Origin: Octopus sinensis | Lineage: Eukaryota | DNA length: 64,000 nucleotides | NCBI RefSeq assembly: GCF_006345805.1 | Contig: NC_043008.1 | Location: 64,852,001 to 64,916,000 of the forward strand | Reading direction: 5' to 3' | The notes under the pieces: generated by a model | Told to the model about the DNA's origin: nothing | The model's input: only the letters and a program-made list of their open reading frames with translations | The model's database searches: none | Position numbers and translations under genes: made by a program | Shown here: positions 39,553 through 51,742 of the stretch, piece after piece | Layout: each line of letters begins with the position of its first letter | Numbering within the stretch: the first letter of the stretch is position 1

Positions 39553-39681
39553 TGTGTTTGTGTGTGCGTGTGTGCGAGCGTGCGAGTGGGTGCGAGCGTG
39601 CGAGTGGGTGCGCGCGCGCGCGCGTTTTTTTTTATCGTGTGTGTAATGAAATAGGAAATTGTAATATCTTCTGATTCGAAT

Positions 39682-40135
39682 GCGGCGAACTGGTAGTATC
39701 GTTAGCTCGCCTGGCAAAATACTTAGAGAAATTTCTTCCGACTTTACGTTCTAAGTTCAAATCCCGCTAGCGTCGATTTTGCTTCTAATCCTCTTGGAGT
39801 CGACAAATAAAGTACCAGTTGAGCACTGGTGTCTATGTAATTGACTCTCCTCGTCCCCCGAAATTTCAGGAATTCTGCCTATAGCTGAAATCAATATTTT
39901 TAGGCTCGATTAAGATGGCGATCTGACAGAAAAGTTAGCACGTCGCGCAAAATGCTTAACTACATTTCGCCCATCCTTGCATTTTGAGTTCAAATTGTAC
40001 TGTGGTGGACTCTGCCTTTTATTCCCCTTCAGGATCGATAACTTCAGTATCAGTAGAGCACTAGGGTGACTGTAATTGACTTACCATCTCTCTCGAAATT
40101 GCTGGCTTTGTGCCAAAATTTGAAAACAATATGTT
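39682..40135 (+). mobile_element. Two tandem diverged SINE family B copies
   Basis: Heads ggcgaactggtag... and ggcgatctgacag..., each followed by agttcaaat...gtcga...aagtaccag-type bodies. Confidence 0.7.
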
Positions 40136-41520
40136 CTGGCCTGATTGAAATAATGTAATAGCTATAAAGGCTACTAGACGACTACAATAATCAGAAGGTA
40201 TCATACAGTATACACTACAAAGTATTGTTATAGAAAATACATATCCGGGAAGAAGATGGATATATAACATTCATACGGACAGAGAGAAGTCAATGATTTA
40301 ATATAACAAAAATATCATGTAAAATAGGTTGGTGACTCTAGATATCAGGTCAGAGATATTTAAATGAGAAACAGAGTCACCAAAAACATTTGTAAAGATA
40401 GATGAAAAAGTAATGGGTTTTGCTAGATAGTGCACCAAGAATACGATAATCTATTTTGGAAGATTTAATGAACACACTCTGACAGTAAACAAATTTCACC
40501 TCTAAGTAAAGGAAAATTTCGCAATGGTTAAGCGTGGGCGGGATGTATAAACGTATATTAGTGCAAATTTAGATTTAAGAAAATGTAAGGTAAAATGTCG
40601 AATATGTATGTTTAAATAGCAAAATAGCTAGTTCTAAAATCTCTATATGAGATGTAAGTAGTAATAATACTAAAAAGTAATGTTTGTTGGCTGTTCGATA
40701 CGGAGCTATATTACTGCCGTTTTTTAACCTCGGGGGACATCTCTTGCTAGTTAACGACACAACCCGTGTCCGATATCTTGCGAGGAGGGGAGCCATCTCC
40801 TACCATCTTAAGTTGACAATACCAGTATAGAGCCTAGTTTCAGGGTGACTGGTTTACTGGTGGTCACTGCTATATGACAGGGGTTCGCTCCTCTGTTTGC
40901 AGTATATTGGACAAAGGTTGTGTCACTAACCAGCTGGAGGAGATGTTCTCCTGGAGTTACAATGTAGTTCCGTACGGAACAGCGATGTTGAAGTGGCAAC
41001 AAACATTACTTTATGTTTTAAAAGCAAAAGCAAATAAATAGGAATATAAATTCGATCCAGAAAATAATTTAAGACTACAGTTAATGACTACAGTTTTGAC
41101 CAGTAGAATTCATTAAGGTTACTTGAAACCAAACAGCCGGAAAATATGAAGATAATAAATGATTCAAAATAGATGTCTCGGCTTGAAAAAAGATACCATG
41201 GCAATAAAATAAACGGTGACAGCGTAATAAGGAATAAATGATTTGTAGTTTTGTATATTTATTTTTTGGTTTTGCTTTTTTTACCTCATTGACACACTTC
41301 AGCTACTCAATGAGTAAAAATCATCTTTGGTTCTTTTTTCTTTTTTTGTCATACCACTCAAATAGTTTTGACTTTGTTGTTATTTTTATTATTATCGATA
41401 TCATTAAACGCGCCTTTAATTTGCTACTGTTAATGCTGTTCGTACTATTACTATGATATTACTTTTGTATTTGTTTTTGCGTCACTACAACAATATGTTT
41501 GGCCCGGAATCTTATGAACT

Positions 41521-41936
41521 GTTTACTCTTTTACTCTTTTCCTTCTTTCAGACATTTGACTGTGGCCATGCTGGAGCACCACCTTTAGTCGAGCAAATCG
41601 ACCCTAGGACTTATTCTTTGTAAGCCTAGTACATATTCTATCGGTCTCTTTTGCCGAAACGCTAAGTTACGGGGACGTAAACACACCAACATCGGTTGTC
41701 AAGCGATGTTGGGGGGACAAACACAAATACACAAACATATACATACATATACATATATTTATACATACATTCGACGGGCTTCTTTCAGTTTCCGTCTACC
41801 AAATACACTCACAAGGCTTTGGTCGGCCCGTGGCTTAAGTAGAAGACACTTGCCCAAGGTGCCACGCAGTGCGACTGAACTCGGAACCATGTGGTTGGTA
41901 AGCAAGCTACTTACCACTTAGCCACTCCTACGCCTA
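41521..41936 (-). mobile_element. SINE family A, full length
   Basis: Match to family A with a (TTTACTCT)n tail. Confidence 0.9.
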
Positions 41937-42280
41937 TTTCCTGTTTGGTGGGAAAAAATTGACATTGTATCTATGAAGAACTCAAAGAAATCCGACAGCG
42001 CTTATTAGCATTCTACTCGAGGAAACAATAACACACAGCTGTTACTGGATTATATGTATCTATTTATATAGTTTTTCTGAGGAATAATGTTATATAATGA
42101 TATATGAATGCAAAATTAGCAGCATAAAGCTGGTGCAGATAAAATTTGTTGTGATTTGCTATCAAAGCCTGCTATTTCCAGCTTTGTGTTGTATAGTTCT
42201 CACATACATGCATACATACATAGATACATACATAGATACATGCATAAATGCATACATACATATATACAGACATGCATATA

Positions 42281-42510
42281 TTATCATTATGGCTGCCCCT
42301 TCGTTATCGAGTATGGCATTGCACGAAGCTTAACTGTTACTGTTGCTGTGATCGAATGTGACATTTTAGCCCAGCTAAAGATCTACGTCTTGTACAGAAT
42401 TGGCAACTAATACCTTTACCGGTACTAGCCGGCTGCAGTTGTAACTGGGCTTCATGTACCTTTGCATGTCGTTTAAATCCTCCTGCCGAATTACACTCTC
42501 TTCCACATAT
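42281..42510 (-). mobile_element. RTE-like LINE 3' fragment
   Basis: ICGRECNSAGGFKRHAKVH...CQFCTRRRSLAGLKCHIRS, paired zinc-finger-like C-terminus, then a short 3' tail ending in ataatgataata. Clade assignment is by recognition only. Confidence 0.55.
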
Positions 42511-43169
42511 ATACATACATACATACATACATACATACATACATACATACATACATGGTGGTTGCAAACTCTCATTCGCCATCGCCTTATCGAAAGCCCC
42601 ACACAAGCAAAGGTTACGACCAGCCATTTTTATGATAGGTCTTACTTTTTTCAAGCGATGTCTGTATATTATGACAGTTTTTTTTTTATACTGGGGGAAT
42701 GATTTGCACAAATCCAATCCCACTCTCTGATCATGAACAGCATAAACTCGAAAAGAAAAACTAGTTTACATTATCGAATATTGTCAGTGTCGCAGGGTTT
42801 TTTTCTCAGAAAACACACATATATACATACAGACAGACAGACAAGCATGCATACAATCATACAATCATAAGCCTGTAGTTATTTATATGCATGTGTGTAG
42901 AACATATATAAGTGTGTAGTATATGTATATATTTATGTACGACAGCAAGCGTGCGGATAAGTAATTATAAGTCTACAGAATATAGAAAATTTTCTCTACA
43001 TGGTTGTATCTAGAATGGTATTCGTGCTTGTTTACATGCTTTCATAGAAATAAATTACATAACAATTTCATCCCCTAAATATATAAATAATAATATATGT
43101 GTGCGTGTAAAAGAAAGTTCACATTTTTCTTTCTAAATTTATTTATTCACTTCTCTCTCGTTCCGTCTC

Positions 43170-43212
<43 letters not shown>

Positions 43213-43564
43213 CAATTTAAATATCTTTCTGTTTGCATAACTATGTATCTATTTATCTATTTATCTATCTATATTTCATCGTTTACTTGTTTCAAACATT
43301 GCACAATGGCCATATTTGGATAATGCAGCGAATGTTTTAATGAAACAAGTCTTTCCCAGTAATTTACTATCTTTAACTATAGAACTTCTGTCAAACACTT
43401 TTGCTGATCCGCTCAGTTACAGGGACATAAATAAACCAACACCGGTTATCAACCAGAAACAGGACACGCACACGCACACACACACATATATAGGTATGTG
43501 TATATATATATCCCTTTTCGTATCACCTAACTGTCTCAATGTTTTGCGTTCTTGTGCCATTTTG

Positions 43565-43596
<32 letters not shown>

Positions 43597-43599
43597 AAG

Positions 43600-43650
<51 letters not shown>

Positions 43651-43661
43651 ATATATGTAAG

Positions 43662-43724
<63 letters not shown>

Positions 43725-43804
43725 TATATATACATGTGTGTGTAATATATATATATAGAGAGAGAGAGATAGAGAGAGAGAAATAGAGAGAGAGAGAGAG
43801 GAGA

Positions 43805-43962
43805 GTAGTGATCAAACAAGCGTCTTTTAGCATCCGCGAACCTAATCCGCTAACGGGGCTTTTGTCAGTCCGGCTATATAGTAGAGAAGAAGTGCCCAAG
43901 GTGCCACGCAGGGGGACTGAAATTAGAACTTTGTGATTGGAAAGGAAGTTTCTTACCACACA

Positions 43963-43968
<6 letters not shown>
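43805..43968 (-). mobile_element. SINE family A, 5' fragment
   Basis: cccaaggtgccacgcagggggactgaa...cttaccacacagcca. Confidence 0.65.
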
Positions 43969-44011
<43 letters not shown>

Positions 44012-44454
44012 TCGTGTGTATTTATATATATATTTATATGAATCTGTGTATATAACTTTCATTTACATACGCCTACGGCGACGAATTTCACGTTTTGGTA
44101 ATTCTCCTGATCATATTAGTTTTCGAGATAACTTGTAGAATCTACTCTTTTTAAAAAATGATTGACGATTTCAAGTAATGGATGAGACACGTTGAAGAAA
44201 AATGATGAATTATAAAAAAACTAAAGAGAAAAGAACAAACATTACATGAACTTCTGTTCCTTCACCCATTAATAATTTATATAAGAATAAAACTTGTATC
44301 GATGCTTGCATAAGCACATCTCGTTTCAGCACGCATTTGAACAGATACATTCTACCTACATACATATATGGGGATATTATGTGCTTATCTATATTTTTAT
44401 AACAATTTATGTATGTATTTATCAATTTATACATACACGCACATACCCACATAC

Positions 44455-44485
<31 letters not shown>

Positions 44486-44819
44486 CATACATACATACAT
44501 ACATACATACATACATGCATTCATGCATGCATACACATATTTATTGATATGTGTCGGTATATGCTTCTAATATTCTGTATTTGCGCTTTTGGTAGCCACA
44601 TTGAGTATTGCGTTACAGCATTTGAAAATTCTATTTACGGAAATTGATCATACATAATCTCCCCATTACCACAAATCTACAGCTTGCAGCACAAAATTAT
44701 AAACGGAGATATACTAGTAAAACACAAAAATACGTGTATATTTGCCTATATGTATGTACATACCTATATGTGTATATTCATACATATGTTTTTATTATTT
44801 GTACATATAAATGTATGTG

Positions 44820-44820
44820 T

Positions 44821-44915
<95 letters not shown>
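44820..44915. repeat. (TAGA)n microsatellite
   Basis: Direct reading. Confidence 0.95.
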
Positions 44916-45499
44916 TTAAGCATCACTTTCCATATATTTCCAGACGAATCTTTATTGGTATACTTAGGCACACACATTTTAAAATCTCATTCACAATATG
45001 TACATTTGTAGTTTACCGTTGATTTAAATGGATATTATCAGTCACATAAAAAGAAATATATCCACATTCGCATAGTAAATAATGAGAGTCAAATGTTAAA
45101 TTGTCCATACTTTATATTATACAAATTTCGGATCTCCAAAATGGTTTTCAAATCATTAAATGCCGTATGTTCATTTGCTGTAGGAAACATACTCCGACAT
45201 TTGTATTTTGTTTTGTACGAAATTTATAAGGCGAAAATCTGGAAAATCTGACTGTTAAACTGGGAAATTTTCCACAAATGAACAATTTCTGAATGTGCCC
45301 ATAAATATTTTTGACAAAATGTCTTGTGGGAAAGCATACAATGAAGTTGCCAACAGCGAAATTAGCGTGTATGTGTTTTTGTTGATTTTCAACCGAAAGC
45401 GTGTAATCTATAATAATAAATGCCAACACGAATTTCTGTCTGTGTGCCACACTTTGACCCCGTCTCTCTCACTACTAAATGACACTTCTACTCCTCTTG

Positions 45500-45850
45500 C
45501 TGGGGTGAGAGTAATAGTTGGCATAGAGACGGTGAGGGTGGTAGTAGACAGTTCAGAGGGTAATGAGGTGATAGTAATAGTATGAGTTGTAGTTGTGATA
45601 GAGGTGGAGGCGACGGTGATGATAGTGAAGGTGGTGGTGGTGGTAGTGATAGTGATAGCTGAGGCGGTCAAGCATGACGGTGAAAGTAAGGGATAAAAAA
45701 GTCAGTGGTGATGGTGATGGAGAGGAATGCGACGAAATCAACGGTGTTGGTGGTGGTGATGGTGGTTGAGGTGGTGGTATCAGAAGTCTGAATGGTGTGT
45801 GTATGGCAATTGTGGTGGCGATAGTGGTGGTACTGGTGATGGTGACGGTT
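45500..45850. repeat. Imperfect (GGT/GAT/GTA)n low-complexity tract
   Basis: Direct reading. Confidence 0.85.
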
Positions 45851-46516
45851 GAAAACAATCAGCAGAAAAAGAGAGAGAGAGAGAGAAAGAAAGAGGTTAG
45901 GCAGAAAAAATTGTACTGACCACCACCCCACCCCGAATGGGAAGACAAAAATGTCGTTTATCATGAAGCTTTGCAATAAGTTCCAAGTCGACAAATTATA
46001 TCATTATTTTGATGAAAATTGTTCATTGCTTGAAACATATTGTTCAAGTTTAATAAAATTTAATATGTACTCAATGCATGAAGTGTTATTATTGGGTTCA
46101 AGGCCCAATGAAGAGCCCCCATCTGGAGCTAGCTTAAAAGCCGCCCTACCTGGCTGCTTTTAAGCTTGTAGGCAATATATATATCTATCTATTTGATGCA
46201 TCAAATGTAAAAGAGTTATGAAATGTGTAGATAACGTAACTGTAATATATAGTGTAAATGAATAAACTGTGTAAACTTGGACTCCATGTCCATGCTATCT
46301 CATTTCATAGATCGAAGTATACGATTTCCGATGTCCGCAATACATCTGCTCCTAATCATTTCGGACAAAGGATCATGATCTGCAATTCTACGAATCTTCA
46401 GAACTGTCTTCCTAGCATAATATATAAATAAACTTCATGTTGACTATACATGTTCAACAGCGACTGACAGAAGGGAAACATTCTTCTTATAATGTTAATA
46501 TACATAACGTCTAGAC

Positions 46517-46837
46517 CAGGGATTCTGAGCCATCTTTTATCTATGGACTCCTTGATTACTATTTTAATCTGGTGGACTCCCAAAGTCATTCGATGCTTAA
46601 AAAAAACTAGTTTTATAGAAACTTCTTTCAAAATTCCTATTTTTTTATTCACACTTTAACTTATGTAGGTTGAACTATGCAAAAATGTTTGAGAAAGAAC
46701 CCTAGCTGTTTCTTATAATACACACCAATGAATAAATCTAAAGCAAAATTTTTTCAAGAGCTCTTAAAATATTATTTTCTTGCGTAGATCTTTTATGGAC
46801 CCTAAGGGCCATATGGACGCCAATAGAGAACCATTGA
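46517..46837. mobile_element. hAT (Charlie-like) MITE
   Basis: Ends CAGGGATTCTGAGCC ... AGAGAACCATTG resemble hAT TIRs. Left flank GTCTAGAC fits the NTCTAGAN target; right flank is degenerate (ttctacat). Confidence 0.55.
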
Positions 46838-47610
46838 TTCTACATCATTTTACTAGAAGCATACCTTGTAAATGAGAAAAATAAAATGATGTGGAATGTT
46901 AGTTATAGAATTAGAGACAATGGGACTAAATCTGCTTGAAATTGTTGCTTAGCAACAAGCCAGCTCCGACTAAGAATAGCTGCCGAAAAGATATTTCAGA
47001 AGTGACCAAACCAGCGTTCTGTACATCCAATGTGAAGGCCTTTAATACCTACCTTTTCTTTTCTTAAAATGCATTTGCGTCACTGAAGGGATACTCAGCA
47101 GCCAAGCTCAGCATGTCATTTCTTCGATGTCTTGAGTTATACTTCATTTTGAATAAATTTTTAAAATATTCGCATCCCTATGAAAATAATCGTGTGTATG
47201 TAACGCAAATGGAACGACCATTTGCAATGTAACAAATTATGCGATGATTATCAGTACCAGAAGACATATTTAGTTAAAATACTCTGAAAACATTAAAGTT
47301 ATTCTGTAATGGTTCGCGTCTTAGAATGCCATATAGTCGGCTAGATATTGTGATTGATATTAATATTTGGTTCTTCAATATCTCACTCATCTTCACATTA
47401 AAGTATTTAATGTGAAAACCAGTGAGATATCGCAAGAAAAGAATATGAAAAACATATAAAAATTCCGTTGAGTTTTCCTCTTTTCTTTTATTCAGTGACA
47501 TTCAAGCATTTGCTTGGGTTTCTCATACCTCTTGCTAATCTTTGTCCCTGTTTAAAACTAACATAGAGAACAAAATATCTCATTTTTTGCCTTGCTTCAG
47601 GTACACACTG

Positions 47611-47658
<48 letters not shown>

Positions 47659-47961
47659 TGTGTGTATATATGTATATATATTATATAATCTATTGTTTCA
47701 ATGGATAGACAACAAAGTACATTCTGTTTGTTTTTTATCTGATGTTCTAGCCGTTAAGTTTTAACTTTGTAGTTTTGTTCTTTTTCTATGTTGCTACCGT
47801 TCCACATTTATGGACTTAAATATTTATATTTATCTTTGTACATGTCTTACGAGTCTTTGTACGTGTCTTACGAGGTTTTACACATGTCTTATCTCTGGCT
47901 GCCCCACAGAAAAATATAAAAGTGAAATTTTCTCGGTTCTTTTTTGCCTCATCCTCTCTAG

Positions 47962-48067
47962 GTCAATCTGTAACTATTGTATCAATACTAGTTCATACGG
48001 CTATGGAAATGCAGTTTTGTCCTGAGGAATGAAACTGCAAAAGTATCGTAGATTTGGAGAGCTGAAG
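47962..48067 (+). other. Candidate plus-strand exon (possibly UTR plus MKLQKYRRFGELK from ATG 48029)
   Basis: Acceptor tttttgcctcatcctctctag, donor AAG|gtaaga. All three frames contain a stop, so it is not an internal coding exon. Confidence 0.3.
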
Positions 48068-48204
48068 GTAAGAATATTCCTATTTCTGCCAACCGTTATC
48101 GTTGTGTCGTTGCTAACCAATTTCTGATATAAATCCGTATAAATACATTTGTATGTGCCTCTGTCTCGCTCTTTCTCACTCTACCACCTTTGCTCTGTAT
48201 ATAT

Positions 48205-48642
48205 TTACTTTTTACTCTTTTTACTCTTTTTACTCTTTTTTACTCTTTTACTTGTTTCAGTCATTTGACCGTGTCCATGCTGGAGCACCGCATTTAGACC
48301 CAAAGACTTATTCTTTGTAAGCCTAGTACTTATTCTATCGGTCTCTTTTGCCGCACCGCTAAGTTACGAGGACGTAAACACAACAGCATCGGTTGTCAAG
48401 CGATGTTGGGGCGGGGACAAACAGAGACACACAAACATACACACGCACACACACACACACACACACCACATATATATATATATACATATACACGACGGGA
48501 TTCTTTCAGTTTCCGTCTACCAAATCCACTCTCAAGGCTTTGGTCGGCCCGAGGCTACAATAGAAGACACTTGCTCAATGTGCCACGCACTTGAACTGAA
48601 CCCGGAACCAGCTACTTACTACCACACAGCCACTCATACCCC
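48205..48642 (-). mobile_element. SINE family A
   Basis: Match to family A with a (TTTTACTCT)n tail and small internal deletions. Confidence 0.88.
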
Positions 48643-48820
48643 TATATATGTAGGGGTATGTGTGTGTGTGCTTTTATGTATATATACACGCACGCACATA
48701 AAATGTAAAAGAAGCTGGAAAAAGTAGTACTCGAATACCAAAAGTGGAGTAATACATTTATTAAAGACCAAAAAATTCGTCAGAAAACGTTTTTGAAGAC
48801 TTTTTCGGCTTTAATAAATA

Positions 48821-48879
<59 letters not shown>

Positions 48880-48884
48880 ATATA

Positions 48885-49105
48885 TACCCTTTTCCTTTCG
48901 GTCTTTCAAAATGTGACCTCGTGTGTACCGTTAGCGATGTTTTTTCCTCTGTCTTCCCTTCTCTGGATCTTTCCTTCTCCTATGTATTCGACGAAGGGCT
49001 CCGCTCGAAACGTTAAACCCTCCTTCTTTCCTGAGCGTCCAATAATACTATATTTGTTCCACGTCCTCGCGTTGTTGTGTTTTTTGTGCTTTCTTGTTTG
49101 GATTA

Positions 49106-49110
<5 letters not shown>
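48885..49110 (+). mobile_element. Penelope-like pseudo-LTR fragment with a degenerate hammerhead motif
   Basis: TCGACGA-AGGGCTCCGCTC-GAAACGTT...AGCGTC (48988-49039): stems II and III and a GUC triplet are intact, but the CUGA core is mutated. Confidence 0.55.
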
Positions 49111-49165
<55 letters not shown>

Positions 49166-49181
49166 ATAATTTTATAGAAGG

Positions 49182-49232
49182 AGCTTCTACAGGACTAGAA
49201 CTGTTTCATTCAGATGAAATCTTCAGGAAGCT
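49182..49232 (-). ncRNA. Mirror-image type I hammerhead on the minus strand
   Basis: Reverse complement of the plus copy except for one stem III loop base (49194). Confidence 0.72.
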
Positions 49233-49279
49233 TCCTGAAGATTTCATCTGAATGAAACAGTTCTAGACCTGTAGAAGCT
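49229..49279 (+). ncRNA. Type I hammerhead ribozyme (minimal, Penelope-associated type)
   Basis: AGCTTC-CTGAAGA-TTTCATCTGAAT-GAAA-CAG-TTCTAGAC-CTG-TA-GAAGCT: 6-bp stem I, CUGANGA and GAAA cores, short stem II, stem III, GUA cleavage triplet (after 49273). Confidence 0.75.
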
Positions 49280-49785
49280 CCTTCTATAAAATAAATTACT
49301 TTACTCTGGTATGTATTGAGTACCTTATTTACTGTGGTTAACCCCGACTCAACCCGGGTCCTACATATATATATATATATATACGTATGTGCGTGATTTC
49401 ATATTTGTATGTATGTATGTATGTATGTATATATGTATGTACGTAGGTATGTAGGTATGTATTACGTAGTGGGGGGTTGCATGCAGAGCTATAACATTTT
49501 GCAAGGTGAATATATCTATATTATATTATCACTTACCATATGAACGCAATCCTTTCTCCTGTTTACGAAATGTCAAAATGTCATTCTTTAACATTTAAGC
49601 AATATAATTACTACTTCATCGACACAGATGCTGTTGTAATGTATTTTCATATGACATGCCTATACCATATATATACATACGAAATTATGTGTATGCATGT
49701 ATATATATGTATTTGTGTGTGTGTATATATATATAATATATATATATATCTGTTTGCGTACATAATGCATATATATGTATTTATG

Positions 49786-49839
<54 letters not shown>

Positions 49840-49887
49840 ATAGATATATATATATATACATACATACACACACACACACATATATAT

Positions 49888-50020
49888 ATACATATGAGAG
49901 GGATTACCACTATGTGCACACCGTAATGCTAGAAGTAGATCCGCTATGGTCATACCACTAAGAAATGTTCTCTAGAAAATCCAGCAGTGTCCACATAGTG
50001 GTAATCCCTCTCATATGTAT
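49888..50020. repeat. Inverted repeat, 34-bp arms (1 mismatch) with a 65-bp spacer
   Basis: ATACATATGAGAGGGATTACCACTATGTGCACAC and GTGTCCACATAGTGGTAATCCCTCTCATATGTAT. Confidence 0.9.
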
Positions 50021-50137
50021 GTAATACAATTTACTGAACCTCGGTTTTTTAATATGCTAGACCACTGGGGTTAAATTGGTGTTATCAAATCAATATCCAA
50101 TTTTTCACCCTCATTTTAATTATACATATATATATAT

Positions 50138-50171
<34 letters not shown>

Positions 50172-50802
50172 CATATTTATATTATATATGAAAATATGTT
50201 CGTGAGTGTGTACTTACAGACACATTTACGTTCAGGTAAACCGCCGAACACTCAACTAATTTACATGAACTTGTAAATACTTGATGTGGTCCACATACAT
50301 TTACATTACTTTAAGTTTCGTGGTGCAAATTGCGCTTACATTATTGGATGTACGCCATCGGTCTTTCCTATATATATATATATATATATATCGATATGCA
50401 CAGAGAGAGAAAGAGGTGGGGATGAGAGAGGGAACGTGGACATTCTTCGTAGCTGCATCATTACTTATGCAGTATCAAGGATCCGTTTAAATGTCAACCA
50501 ACGACATTTCGTAGGAAGATACGAGTAGTAAACAAGAGCATACAAATGACTACATCTTGTCACTTCGAGTAGTAAGCGATAAGGCGATGTATTCATCTAG
50601 TACACTATTACAATCATTCACGCCCACAAGCACATGATCACAAAGACGCTCACACGCACACACATATGTATACGTAAACATATAAATACCTATATATGTA
50701 TGCATATACATATACATATACATACACACACACACACACACACATATATATGTTTGTATGTACATACAGGTGCATATATTAGCAAACACATACATATATA
50801 TA

Positions 50803-50835
<33 letters not shown>

Positions 50836-50893
50836 ACATGTAAGTATACTCATAAGCATATACAAAATATATGTACTTATTCATGTGTTTGTT

Positions 50894-50994
<101 letters not shown>

Positions 50995-51663
50995 AATATA
51001 TATTTATGCAAATATACTGTGTACATATATGCATCTCCACGTGCATACATTCATGGTTTCAACGAAAGGCATATAATCTTAAAAGAGCAAAGGAGAACAC
51101 TAGCAGTAAGCATGTTCCAAGAGGTAAAACATACAAAACCATCTGCATTACTTGCCGTGAGAACGAATCAGTAACTATACCAATTTATAGTAAACAAACA
51201 TCTAGATAACTGTGTCATTTTCAGCTTCTTTCTTCGACCCTGGAATTTATGACACAACCTAAAAGATACTAGCTTCACGGAAACATTATTAATTTTGGTT
51301 TTTGATTTCCTGATACACGTAGACAACCAACTTATTCACATCACGGAATAGTAGTAATAAAGATGTGATACAACAAGACACTTTTCTAAAGCCTTTTTCT
51401 GTTTTAATAATCCATAGTTAGTCATACTCAAAAACCGTTCAATTGGCAAAAAAATCAGGAAAAAGAAAATAAAAATGATTGCTTTCCTCTGTGAAGTGCT
51501 AGATTTAAAAACCACTGGGCGAAAGACAGGGAAATATTTTAAACTTTATAACGTTACATGCTTTCATTTACAAACAGCGGATCCGAATACATTGTTCTAC
51601 CTTTCAAGTTTCTGAATTATATACACTGTAATACGAATAATGTAGTTATACTTCTTTTTGCAG

Positions 51664-51742
51664 GTATGTTAACAGATTATTACCAAACTTCTCTATGTCT
51701 TGGAGGTGTGCGTTATGGTCAATTACTATGAAAGACCGGATA
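51664..51742 (+). CDS. Candidate plus-strand exon (YVNRLLPNFSMSWRCALWSITMKDRI)
   Basis: Acceptor cttctttttgcag, donor gtgagt; open phase 2 to 0. It could instead be an AG|GT ratchet site or chance. Confidence 0.25.

Noticed and set aside
40575-41002. Two GC-richer minus-strand ORFs
   Set aside because: No splice pattern or recognisable domain; most likely a LINE remnant, unassigned.
47962-48067. In-frame TGA as selenocysteine (AVLS*GMK)
   Set aside because: No selenoprotein family resemblance and no SECIS identified.
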